A stretch of DNA of 64,000 bases from Octopus sinensis (Eukaryota), in NCBI RefSeq assembly GCF_006345805.1, contig NC_043009.1, positions 13,640,001 to 13,704,000 on the forward strand, read 5' to 3'. The notes under the pieces were generated by a model, which saw only the letters and a program-made list of their open reading frames with translations, did not search any database and was not told where the DNA came from. A program made the position numbers and the translations under genes. Below are positions 36,626-49,330 of this stretch, in pieces. The stretch's first letter is position 1, and each line of letters starts with the position of its first letter.

Positions 36626-36716
36626 CCTACGGACGCGCGTTTCGGAAATAAGTCAGAATAGAGCACAAATAATAAATAATTATACTTTACCTGACTATTT
36701 TCCTCATCAGCGTAGG
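36626..36716 (-). ncRNA. Canonical type I hammerhead ribozyme motif
   Basis: cctacg CTGATGA ggaaaatagtcag...ctgacttatttcc GAAA CGCGCG TC cgtagg. 6-bp stem I, 11/13-bp stem II, all core nucleotides intact. Confidence 0.85.
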
Positions 36717-37382
36717 ATTCTTCAACTATAAATAATTGCGTCTCAATCATTAATAATTGTGTATTAAATTTGAAGGCACTGGGAACCGCCATTTCACCTC
36801 ACGGTATCAGAGAGAATGTGTAGCTTGCCAGTACCACCAAATTCAAAAGAGTGAATGAGAGTAGGTCAACTCTCCCCTGTCCACCAGCGCGTTCTCAAAG
36901 TAAGATACTATAGTTGTTTTTTTTATGGGAGAAAATACCATTATCAGTAATACCAAAGGGTGAAATTAATTAATTACGAAGTAATCATTAATTTCACCAA
37001 GTAGAATTCAGCATGTTAAGGTCCTTACCATTTTTTGTCTTCACTCTCGTTACCAATGTATCCTTATGTCTTTCGCTTTTCTCATCTCTACATATGACTA
37101 CGCATCTCTACATATGACTACACAAATGGTAAACAGAAATGATCGTAAATGAACTATTACCACCACTGCTCTTTATTAATTAATTAGATAAATAGCTCAC
37201 TAGCGCAAACGACTAACTTCTTCCTGTTATTTTTGTATATATTTTAAACTACGGTTTACCCGTTGAATTACCTGCTACCGTATACTTTTACCAAGAACTG
37301 TACCTACGCAGCTAATCACCAGGAGCGCCTTTGGATTTGACCATCCCTTAGAGGTTTTAAACACCTCTAATTTATATCTACA

Positions 37383-37467
<85 letters not shown>

Positions 37468-37567
37468 GTATTCATATATATGTATGTATGTATACATATA
37501 TATATATGTATGTATATATGTGTGTATGCATATATGTATGTATGTATTATGTATGTATGTATGTGTA

Positions 37568-37615
<48 letters not shown>

Positions 37616-37950
37616 CCACTCATTAATATTAATGAATATCATAACTTCAAGTATCTTTACAATAGTTTGTGCGTGTGGAGCATACAACTGTCAATCTATT
37701 CTGTCTAACCCTGTTACAAACTTTATCTTGTTTGGTGGAAATAACCTATATAAGAACAGATTTAGTAATTGTAGCCTTTGAGAATGCGATTCGATTATTT
37801 TTCTGTAACCTGCACTGACCCATTCATATTTGTACTGTTGAAAGGGAAATAAAGTTCTTGACCCGATATTAATTCTCTGGAGAAATATATTTATTTCAAA
37901 TTTCTTTGTTTCTCTAAATATTTTCTAGAAACCAAAAGTATTATTTCGTT

Positions 37951-38272
37951 TGTGGATTTGGTTTGCAAGATTCTTTACGTGAGTTTGTGTGTTGAAGCAT
38001 ATTCTGTTGTGTCTGGGGAGAGTCATTCTCTTTTGTTGCCTTATAATTTAACACGCTCACCGGTAAAATTTCCACTTATTACTTTTTTATCTCTAAACTT
38101 TTCGTTGCATCTTGCAACCTTTTCAATAGTCTTGACTCAAAACTATTCAAAAGGTTGCAAGACGTAATGAAAATTTTAGAAAAATCAGAAAAAGAAATAA
38201 GTGGAAATTTTACCGGTGAGTGTGTTAAATTATAAGCCACTAAAAGAGAATGACTCTCCCCAGACACCACAG
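37951..38272. mobile_element. Fold-back mini-element flanked by a 16-17 bp target-site duplication
   Basis: Arms ~38005-38130 and ~38145-38270. AAAAGTATTATT(T)CGTT at 37934-37950 and 38273-38288. Confidence 0.85.
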
Positions 38273-38374
38273 AAAAGTATTATTCGTTCATCAATATTTC
38301 TAATCGACTTGCTCCCTCCCCCAAAATTTCGGGCCTTGTACCTAGAGTAGAGAAGAATAATTCTTAAATTTTAA

Positions 38375-38980
38375 GGTGGCGAGCAGGCTGAAACGTTAGC
38401 ACGCCGGGCGAAATGCTTTGCGGTATTTTGTCTGCCGCTACGTTCTGAGTTCAAATTCTGCCGAGGTCGACTTTGCCTTTCATCCTTTCGGGGTCGATTA
38501 AATAAGTACCAATTATGCACTGGGGACGATATAATCGATTTAATTCGTTTGTCTGTCCTTGTTTGTCCTCTCTGTGTTTAGCCCCCTGTGGGTAGTAAAG
38601 AAATAGGTATTTCATCTATCTTTGAGTTCTAATTCCGCTGAGGTCAACTTCACCTTCCATCATTTGGGGGTCGGTAAATTAAGTACAAGTTGCGTACTTG
38701 GATTGATCTAATCGACTGGCCCCCTTCCCAAAAGTTCCGGACCTCAAATTTTATGCTTAATCTTAGTTTAATTTTTACTGTCAGTGTAAACCGTTTCGTA
38801 ATATTTCCATGATTATAAGGCGGCAAAACGTTTATCGGAATTTTGTCTGCCTGTACGTTCCAAGTTCAAATTCCTCTGAGGTCGTCTTTGCTTTTCATCT
38901 TTTCAGGGTTCATAAAATGAGCTGCTGGGTCAGCCACTCCCCGAAACCACTGATTTGGTGCCAAAATTTGAAACCAGTAT
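38375..38980 (+). mobile_element. SINE family C: one full copy plus two decayed partial copies
   Basis: GGTGGCGAGCAGGCTGAAACGTTAGCACGCCGGG...GAGTTCAAATTCTGCCGAGGTCGACTTTGCC; core motif repeated near 38625 and 38860. Confidence 0.8.
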
Positions 38981-40396
38981 TTCCCAGATTGTTCATTTGA
39001 CAGAAAAGAAAAAGCGTCAGCCCATTATCATTTGTTGGTCTCCACACCACCAACCGGCTTGACATAGTATTCAAAGGACCGGTTAGATAGCTAATTCTCG
39101 ATACACTGTCTAAAATAAAGATGAAATGATTCCGTTGATACACCATTGGTCCTATATATGCTCATTCACGTGCACTTGTTGCTAAACAAGAACGACAACC
39201 GTAAATTGGAGTTTGGAATATAGATACCAAGTGCCCCTTCATCTTAGTGATTTAAAAATAAATTAACACCTATCATCATCATTAGTTATTATCAGATCCA
39301 ACGGGAGGACGTCGCTAGAACTGCTAGAAATAGCAGCAATGACCCCACCTATGAAATTACATTCAACCATATTAGAAAAAGATACACTGGATTGTGGGGT
39401 CATGGTTCCTTGCACACACGAGAAAGGCGGGATGGTCATAGTTGGAATGCCTACGTTCGTATAGCTGCTATGCGAGAGCTATACAGGTAAAAGCAACAAT
39501 GATTAACTACATCAAGCATGATGTCAATACAAGCATCATCATCATCATCATCATCATCGTCATCATCAACATCATCATAAACATCGTTCGTATAATTATT
39601 CACATCGTTCTTGTACAAATAATTATTACTGCAGTCATCGTCGTAATCTGTAACATCACATTGCATTTCCCACCATCTTTGTGTCTCACTCATCACTCCA
39701 CTAAACATACCATCCCATGGCTTTAATTATAAATATCTGAACATAATCATCACGATATTAGCAACGTTCCTACAGCCATTACTTTATTTATTACATCACT
39801 ACCACTGCTGTGATCTTCGTCTCCGATATTAAGATCATTAATATTTTAACCATCGTCATCAAAATTATCATGATTACCATCGTCCTTATAAATATCATGG
39901 ACATTTATACTCTTTCTTCGTCACAATAATTATGATGATTCATATCACCGTCGTCATCATTATCATCATCACCACTACCACCACCACCATTATCATCATC
40001 ATCATCATCAGCAGCAGCTAGCAGTATTATCACCATCATCATCATTCCCATCCTTCTCACATAATTCGTCATCGTTATCATAAGAATGCTAAGACCACTG
40101 ACATGCTGTAGCAACACATATTTAAGTCAGTCCTTCACTTATCAAAATTGTGCATTTACGCTTTTTTCTTTGTGTTGTTGTGACTTCATTTAAAATGTTC
40201 TCTGGGTTTTTTACTGCACAGAAACAAATCTCTCAAACGAATACATACATACATACATACTACACACACACTACACACCCACACACACACACACACACCA
40301 CACACCGACATCACAGATACCTACATATATATATATAGATATATCTATATATTATATATATATATACATATATCTATGTATATATATATGCGTTTA

Positions 40397-40439
<43 letters not shown>

Positions 40440-40732
40440 AATATAAGAGAGTGGTCACTATATGGCTCACTCTAGCACCAGTTAATCCAATAGGTTTCAA
40501 CCACAAAATACATGTTTCCCATGAAAGTCAGTACGATGTTAGCTCACACGGACAGGGCAAATAAAATAACAAAAATACAGATTATTTTGGACAATTGTTT
40601 CGCTATTAATGAATTAAATGTAATTTTACTTACAAAAAATCCACTTGTAGCTCCTCGCCAAAACTATCTGGATGAAATCCACTCAATCACACGCCAGATT
40701 TTATCATAACGATAAATACGCGTGTGGCTCAT

Positions 40733-40985
40733 TGATTACATCCGACATTATAATTCAAATGCCCAACTAATAGCGCGCCAAATTTTCACGAAAACAATAC
40801 AGCATTTAGAAATAAATGCAGCATAATTATAATTAATTAATAGGGTGAGAGAATATATACTAATTTAATAGTATTATTAATTAATTAATTATGCTGTATT
40901 TATTTCTAATGCTGTATTTGTTTTCCGTGAAAATTGGCGCGCTGTTAGTTGGGGCATTTGAATTATAATGTCGGATGTAATTAAT
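40733..40985. mobile_element. Fold-back mini-element
   Basis: ATTACATCCGACATTATAATTCAAATGCCC...GCATAATT (40733-40840) and its reverse complement (40877-40985), then (TA)n. Confidence 0.8.
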
Positions 40986-43137
40986 TATATATATATATAT
41001 ATATGAACTTATGTATGTATCTACATATGCATGTATGGATGGATGTGTGTGTGTGTGTGCGTGTGTGTGTTTGTGCATATGCACATAAATGCATATATAT
41101 ATATTAACAGTGAACAACAATATCGGTAGCTGCGATCGCTGCAACATCAATGGTAGTTACGTCACTAGCAAAAATGAGCAGCGGATAACAACAACAACAA
41201 CAACAGCAGCAGCAACAACATTTACAATGATAACTATAAAATATGCAGCACAACAACCTCGTGAACAACAATAACATCCTTACCAATAGCAGATGAAATT
41301 GATGAGATTTTTAATGGATTTATTTCCTGAAATAAAATGATATTTATATTTAGGGGAAATTGTATTAATTGCCGGATCAACAAGTTGTTATTTGTCACTT
41401 CATTACTTTTTCCATGTGTCCACTGGAGACCACATTGTTCTACACGTGCACATTCCTCGGGTTGCTTTTCTGTTTACATTTTGTTTCTCAATACTTACAC
41501 CTTCGTGTTTCCATAATTAAGCTACCCCGTCGCTAAACCACCCCACATTATTTTGTAGCCGGTTTGTCTCATTTAATTTCCTCTAAATGTGTATCAGGTG
41601 TCACCTCTATTATTGACGGTTAATACAAAACCTTGAATCAATAGCGTCGTTTATAACTCGTGAGGAGATTTAAAGCTGGAAGTAAAGCTCATAACGCATT
41701 CAGTCATAGGAGTGATACTGAAGACTCCGATTTTATATGACGTAAATTGTTTTTGTTGCTTTTCTTTTTCAATTCCAATCTATTTGAAAAAGAAAATTTC
41801 TACTGTACGATGCTAGATAAAAATATCACACATCCATTTTGCAGAACTCCTGCTCACAATACTAAAATACTTCTAGTCTGCGTCAACTGTTAGCAGCGAG
41901 ATACACCGTATCGTTGATGGGTTGAATGATCTGGCTGGAGATATAACGTAATGCTAGTCATAACGTACGAACAATCAACTTCTCGATGTTGTCAGTTAAA
42001 TATTCCATTGGACTTTCCCAATATACGAAACCTGGTCTATGTATTATTATGTCACTTCAATAATTCTCATATAGCTAAATTTTAATAGCGCAAGGTAAAT
42101 TATCTTGGACAGGAACATGTCACACTTAATCCCTACTTTCTAGCTAGAAATCTTATTCACTCATATGTGATGACATTATTCATACATTGATACAATTGCT
42201 GCTTTATATGTGAGAAAGGCAATGAAACCATATTTTAAAACTGATATCTATATTGGAAGACTTTCCTATTCATACGTCTTCAATTACCACCATATGGTAT
42301 ATTAATATATGAAATTCAAATGAATTAACCTTACCTCCGCATTTTATTATCAAAACCACGTTAGTTGACTAAATATAGCATTATTGCAGGTGATTATCCT
42401 GAATAATGTTTACGAAGGGACACCTTGTGTTGCTTTGACTTGCTAAATTTTCATATATATGTTCGTGTGATGGGTGAATTATATCATTTTTGTCAACGCT
42501 CGCCAATGGAAAAATGTATAAATATTTCATGGATGGATATAAACAAGATGGAAGAGTTTTAATAAAATGAACAGAGAAAACCAGAAAATAAACTGGACGT
42601 TGGTTTAAGTTCATAGCGTAGAATTAAGGAGGGTAAAAAAGGAGGACGAGAAGGTAAAATTTGTGAACACTGCTAAAAGACTCGCAGACATATGGGCACA
42701 GTAGGGCCAGTATCATTTTAAAATTCGCTTCGAAATTGCCTGATTTCAGGAGTATGCTAATTTACTCAGTTATTAGCCTCACATAGATCAAATATTTCTG
42801 AAAGAAATTTACTAAAGGGAAACTGTGTAGCATCGTGTCAGAAGATTTTCCTGTTTTCTGATAGTAGAGTTAAACCAACATTCAATGTAATACCACTTCT
42901 TGGCTTTTGGTTGCCTTTGGTACAGGCTTTGAAAGAAGTCTTGGGGGCTGCCATTTCCTCCTTTAATAATACACAGAGTTAAAAACAAAATAATACTCAA
43001 GCTTGGGCAAGGTAACAGAAGATTGAAGACACTGAATAACAGTTAAACATTATACACAGTCAACGCCTCCCATACATATATGAATGCATATTAATGTACA
43101 TATATACACATAATCATATACTGATGATGTACAAATA

Positions 43138-44408
43138 TTGGGTTGTCCGGAAAGTTCGTGCCGATTTATAGTAGCTTACCTTTCGATTTATTTTAGAACC
43201 TAGTTGAGTGCATAAAATAGGATTTGACTACACCTCCATTTAGAGCACAGTTTAAGCTATCTTTTCGTGGAAGAAGGTTTATGTTCCTATAAGCTGTGTT
43301 AATTCTGTAAGTCTTTAAAATGGATGATAAGAAAGTTCCTTTTCGGCACTTGATGCTTTTCTTTTTCCGTAATGGGAAAAATGCCTCACAAGCAACCAAA
43401 GAAATATGCGCAGTTTACGGTGATGTTTCCTAATCCGAAAGAACACTACGGAAGTGGTTTGCAAGGTTCCGAGCTGGAGATTCTAGCCTTATTGATAAAA
43501 AGCAATCAGGCAGACCATCCACTACAGATGATGACCAGATCAAGTCATTAATTGAGAATAACGCACATTGCACAAACCGAGAATTGGCAGAAAGCCTCGA
43601 CCTATCAAAATCCGTCGTTCATGAGCACCTGGTAAAGCTTGGGTTACACAAATCGCTACGATGTTTGGGTACCGCATGAGTTGAGTGGGAAGAACCTTTT
43701 GGATCGCATTTCCATCTGTGATTTGCTTTATAAACGGAATGAAAATGCGCCTTTTTTAAAGCAAATTGTGACAAGTAATGAGAAATGGATTATCTACCGA
43801 AATGTTCAGAGAAAGCGATCCTGGAGTAAGCGACATGAGCCACCCTTAGCCACCCCATAAGCGGACCTTCACCCTTTGTGTCTGGTAGGATTGGAAAGGA
43901 ATTCTCTACTATGAGCTACTCCCAAGTAACCAGACAATTAATTCTTAGAAATACTGCACACAACTGGACGAGTTAAATGCAGCAATTCAAGAGAAACGTC
44001 CAGAATTGGCCAACAGGAAGGGTGTTGATTTCCAACATAATAATGCAAGACTGCACGTTTCTTTGGGAGCCAGAGAAACATTGCTGCAGCTCGGCTACGA
44101 TGTGTTACCCCACCCTCGGATATTCACCAGATATTGCTCCTTCGGATTTCCACTTATTCAGGTCTCTGCAGAATAGTCTTAATGGTAAAAATTTCAATTC
44201 CTTGAATGACGTAAAAAGATGCCTTGATGAATTTTTTGCCATGAAACCACCTCAATTCTGGGAAGAGGGTATTTTCAAGTTAAAGAAAAAGTGGAGACGC
44301 ATTGTACAACAAAATGGTTCATATTTCGTTGATTAAAGATTAATGGCAAGTATTTATTGACCTTTTTCTTTCCTTAAAAACTCGGCACGAACTTTCCGGA
44401 CAACCCAA
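43138..44408 (+). mobile_element. Full-length mariner (DD34D type) element, inactivated
   Basis: TA-flanked TIRs TTGGGTTGTCCGGAAAGTTCGTGCCGA. Transposase 43320-44336 has WVPHEL and YSPDIAPSDFHLF; the first two catalytic Asp read as Asn (VTSNEKW, QHNNAR); frameshifts present. Confidence 0.95.
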
Positions 44409-44808
44409 TATATTCATATTATAATGCATGCATAAAGACATATGAAGACCATGAGGACACATGACGACTTTTACACGTGTCACTGAAGGCAAGTTATAAA
44501 AGGAAGTTAAAAAATAGAACTGTGATAGATAAGAACGATATAAGGAGTCAATTAGTAATACAAACACTAAAAGAGAAGCAGGTGAAAAACAAATTTGGTT
44601 TTCATTATCTGTGTTAGTAGTATACACACAAAGATTTCGAGAGAGTTATTTAATTTCTTTAGGATCTCCGTTTCTTAATTCGTATTATTTGTTGATATTC
44701 TATCATTGTCCAACCACCACATCTTTTCTGCTTTTACACGTTTAATTTATGCCGTTCAGCTTTATAATCTTTTTCAACATGTTTCGAACGATCACACCAG
44801 GAACTCTG

Positions 44809-44930
44809 AAAATCGACTTGTTTTGCGGCACATTGCCTAATTCCTATTTCTATTAATTTATTCAAATTAAAATCGACTTGTTTTGCGGCACATTGCCTAA
44901 TTCCTATTTCTATTAATTTATTCAAATTAA
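44809..44930. repeat. Perfect 60-bp tandem duplication
   Basis: AAAATCGACTTGTTTTGCGGCACATTGCC...TTCAAATT repeated exactly twice. Confidence 0.95.
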
Positions 44931-45439
44931 CAAAATTCATTAACAGACATTTCCCAAAGCAACCCATTACTAGTTTCCATTTAATCCTTTAACTATCGCG
45001 TAGTAAAACTATCTGTGACTCCTAAACGAATTTGCTTAAGTGTTAAACATTGGTCCTTAAGTTCCGCGCCGTCTTTTAACAATTTTTGTTTACTTCTGTG
45101 GAGCTTAGAGTCTTTCATATTTACATCGTACCTTCATTTCATGAACGCTGTAAGAAGATTCAATCTCGACACTGAGAGACAGTTATCTGCTCTTTAGGGT
45201 ATCTTTAGAGCAGTATACAAAAATAAAAAGTTATCTTCCTTATCTAACATGCAACCAGAAACATCGAATTTGCAACACTATGTGAGTAAAGAGAACTAAA
45301 TTTTTGTCTTATTAAAATTCCATGATTTTCTTTATAAACAGGTATGACATACTTTTCTACCAACAAAGAATGAGTTTTTATACTAAACTCATCCGGAATT
45401 TCTAAAGAAAAATAAGATACATGGCTTTAAATTTGTTGC

Positions 45440-45538
45440 TGAGTGGCTGTGTAGTAAGTTGCTTGTTTACCAACCACATGGTTCCGGGTTCAGTCCTACT
45501 GCGTGGCACCTTGCGCAAGTGTCCTCTACTATAGCCTC
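45440..45538 (+). mobile_element. SINE family A, head only
   Basis: Near-identical to 22535-22635 and truncated after ACTATAGCCTC. Confidence 0.85.
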
Positions 45539-45575
45539 TTTTTAAAACAATCATTCATGCATGTATACATACATG

Positions 45576-45622
<47 letters not shown>

Positions 45623-45623
<1 letters not shown>

Positions 45624-45865
45624 AGGGCGTATAACCCTGTAGTTAGGTTGTTGTACTTACGATCTAGCTCTCGTGGTTTCATTTCCTAGACCGGGTACTA
45701 CATTGTGCTCTTGTGCAAAACACTTCATCTCACTTGTTCTGCAATCACTTCGACACTTGACACCGCAGTACACCGTCCAGCTGTTTAAACAATTTCGGTT
45801 CGATGGAGAGAGTGAGCTAATGTGCGGCACGAACATTTGATCGTAATAAAAAAAACATTTGTGAA
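45623..45865 (+). mobile_element. Possible decayed tRNA-derived SINE (another family)
   Basis: GAGGGCGTATAACCCTGTAGTTAGG...GGTTTCATTTCCTAGACCGGG head-like segment followed by GCAAAACACTTCATCTCAC. Confidence 0.45.
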
Positions 45866-46910
45866 GATCGTTCAGCTAAACATTCACACGTCATGTATAT
45901 ACGTAAATGTCTATCGTATCTGAAAAAAGAGGTAACGGTCATATTTGGATGGTATTGCAACGTAGGTGTGCTTTATCATGACACTCCTGGACGTACCACC
46001 AACAGCAAGAAAGAAAGTATTCCACACGGAAAATTAAATTTACAGATATTTAGGAATACTCGTCCCAGTGCCCCTCAAAACGTGTGAATTTCTTGGACAA
46101 GTACCAAACTATCATACTTCCAGCGCTCTGATGACTATTCAAGTATTTTAAGAAGTATTTGAGTCTAAATTTTATAAGATTGTAAGAGAGCTCATTTTTG
46201 AACTTGCACAATGTCATTTATTTGTTTGCATACACAAACGCGGACGGGCCACTCTCATTGATAAAATGGATGAAATAATTAATACAGCTACTCTGAGTTT
46301 GCATAAATATCTAGGGCAAACCTAAACAAACTTACAGCAAGTTTAACCATGCTATAAAAAGCGGATACTATTTTTAACAAGCGTTTTTTTCTTCAAATAG
46401 AAATGGAGATGGACTTAACTAGTTTCAATATCTTTTATCGCTTTATCAGTGATCAGTCAGGAATGTTTTTACCTCAGAGATAATTAAAGCTTTTACCTGT
46501 TGATAGTATAGACAGACTCAGATAGAAGAGAACTGTGTGTCCCAGTATGCACCATTGTGCAATCACTACTAACGTGAATAAATAAATTAATTAAGGGAAG
46601 CATTAGGATAAATTGAGATATAAGGTATTTTATCATAAAGCTATCAATCTATCGCTGTGTGCTATATCTTTTATTATTGCACACACATGCATACACACAT
46701 ACACATACATACATACATATATATATATATAATATATATATATATATACATATATATAAGATATATATATGTACATATAATATATATATATATATTATAT
46801 ATATATATATATATATGCATACATACATATTACTATGCATTTGTACGTATGTATTTCTATATGTATAAATACACTAACGCACTTACAGTCATAAATATGT
46901 AAAAGAAGAT

Positions 46911-46955
<45 letters not shown>

Positions 46956-48922
46956 ATGATCTGTGTGTGCGTTTGTGAATCTGCATGCGTATAGGTGTAT
47001 ATGTTGCATAAGTTTATTTATTCATTATGTACATTGGAAGTTAATTTTCATCTAACGTCATCTCTCAGCATCCATATCGTTAAGTCTCCATAATGCTTTC
47101 CATTAAAAGTTTCTTCTGACTTACAATTGTAAATATTTATCAACTTTACCACTTACTTATCAGCAAGCTTCCATATCGTTACCAACAGAGTAACACCACA
47201 ATTCATTAACCCCACAAAAGACCGTCAACATTTTCATTCTTAACATTCACTAAACCCTTCAGAAGTACAGAATTTTCGAAAATGATTTGTCTTTAATTCA
47301 AAGGCATTGATTATTTCATTTACCACAGCCCTCTACGACACCATAAGTTCGTTATTGTAGAACAACGCTCTTCTAGGCATTGATATGTATTTCAGTTATA
47401 CAATTAAGTGATATTCAGGATTTTATTCATTTATTCATGATTAACTGAAAGCCATAAACCCAGTCCTTTGGAATTCTTTTCCACACTTAATAATTATCTG
47501 AATTTAATATATCACTGACACTGAGCCACTTTGGCTTCTATTAAGGTAATTCGGTGGATATATGCATCTTTCTCTAAGTATTTCTTCATATATCATTATT
47601 GAACATGTCAGCGACATTTATTATATTCGACGATAGTGTTATTAATTTTCTTTCGATTGTCACTTTGCATTTGCAAACGAGATAACACCAACTAGTTTCA
47701 TGATTCTCAATTGCCCAATATCTTTGATCAAAACTCATATTCAATTTATTGAGGGATCTTAAATGGTAAAAGTAATATTCACAGAAGATTGTAAAACGCT
47801 TAGATTTTCACCTTTTACCGTACTTTTTTTTTGTCAACTCCTTAAAATCTGTTCCTCTTAATGTCTATTGTAAAATTCAGTTGTATCCAACTAATTAGTA
47901 GTAAAATATATATTCAAGATATCTCAAACCACCTCTCTCCAATATTTCACACGCTGTGTCCTCTCTCCCTCTCTCTCTCTCTCTGCCGCCCTCTCTTCTC
48001 TCTCTCTCTCTCTCTCTCTATGTATGCATATATGTATGTATGTTTATATACTATAAATTCGTGTTCTTTGGGACATCAAGCTTCACAGAATAGTTTATAT
48101 ATCCATTGGTAGCTTTGGAATAAATCATTCGGCCTATTTCAATTTTAATCTCAGCATTGAAGGATCCATCAGTTAAAGCTCCATCATTATTATTCTTTAA
48201 ATAACTTTCAAACAATATCATCCTATCATTTCTATGCATGTTTGTCTGTATGGCTGACTGTTTATATCTGTTTGCACATACACACGCACACACTCACGCA
48301 CACTTACACACACTTACACACAATCACATACACTCACACACCCTCACATACTAACACACACACATATATATATATAGTATAACGGGAAATATTTTGATTC
48401 ACCCCACCTTTTTTCCTCTCAAGTTAAGAATCTCCCTGAATTATTCTTTAAGATCATTCAAAAAAGCTTTCATTCAGATCATAAATATCACGCCATCGTT
48501 AACAAATCTAGTTGAAAATTATCATATTCAAAATAACCAAATTAAGGCTCCATCATTGATGCTAGTAATAGATTTAAATTTAGAAGGAATATTCGGCACC
48601 GGGATTCCATGGAACGTAATCAGGAGAGTAGCAATCTGATTTCCATAAAAAAAAAACTTGTAATTCTCAATCCCCATAATTTTTCCCGTTAAAAGGGTCC
48701 TGTTTGAAAAATAAGATAGTTTACAAGTGCGAAGTAAGTACCTCAAAAGAACTCTAGAAAATCTATATAGAGAGCACAATAGACTTTAAAACTAGATATA
48801 GGGGCCATAAAAATTCATTTACAAACCTGAGCAAAGAAAATTCGACAGCACTAGCCAGACACGTACACGGAACAACGAAAGCAACGCGAGACGTGTGTGT
48901 CTGTGAAATATGTTTTAATTTC

Positions 48923-49008
<86 letters not shown>

Positions 49009-49140
49009 AAAATAGTAAAGTGTGAAAAAACGACAGAAGGCTTAAATGTTAAAAAATATATATATTTGTGTCAAAATGTCTGGAGAATATTGGAAAAATG
49101 TTTTTTCCTTTCCTTAAAATGACATAATTTTAAATTTTTA

Positions 49141-49180
49141 AAGAAATTACCGGTTTCGCGTGTAGCTTTTCAAATTTCTT
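49141..49180 (-). ncRNA. U3-A8 hammerhead motif in PLE 3' UTR
   Basis: Exact reverse complement of 36160-36199. Confidence 0.7.
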
Positions 49181-49330
49181 GTGACGTTATGTTTATATTG
49201 CATGGAGTTATCGTTGTGTTTATTTTCAGGAGATTTCTAAATAAGGGGAGGTAGTGAGTGATTTCTTCCGGTGTAAGGGAGAGAATCGCTTAAAAATTTT
49301 TTTTTCTTTTTTTTTTTTTCCTTTCCCTTG

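Noticed and set aside
9841-40985. All fold-backs as long-read chimera artefacts
   Set aside because: One has a 16-17 bp TSD, two loci share a family-specific turn point, and the layout matches the PLE. Artefact remains possible for individual cases until reads are checked.
43119-43137. CTGATGATGTACAAATA just before the mariner insertion, as an interrupted hammerhead
   Set aside because: Sequence resuming after the mariner (44411 onward) contains no matching GTAC-GAAA half.
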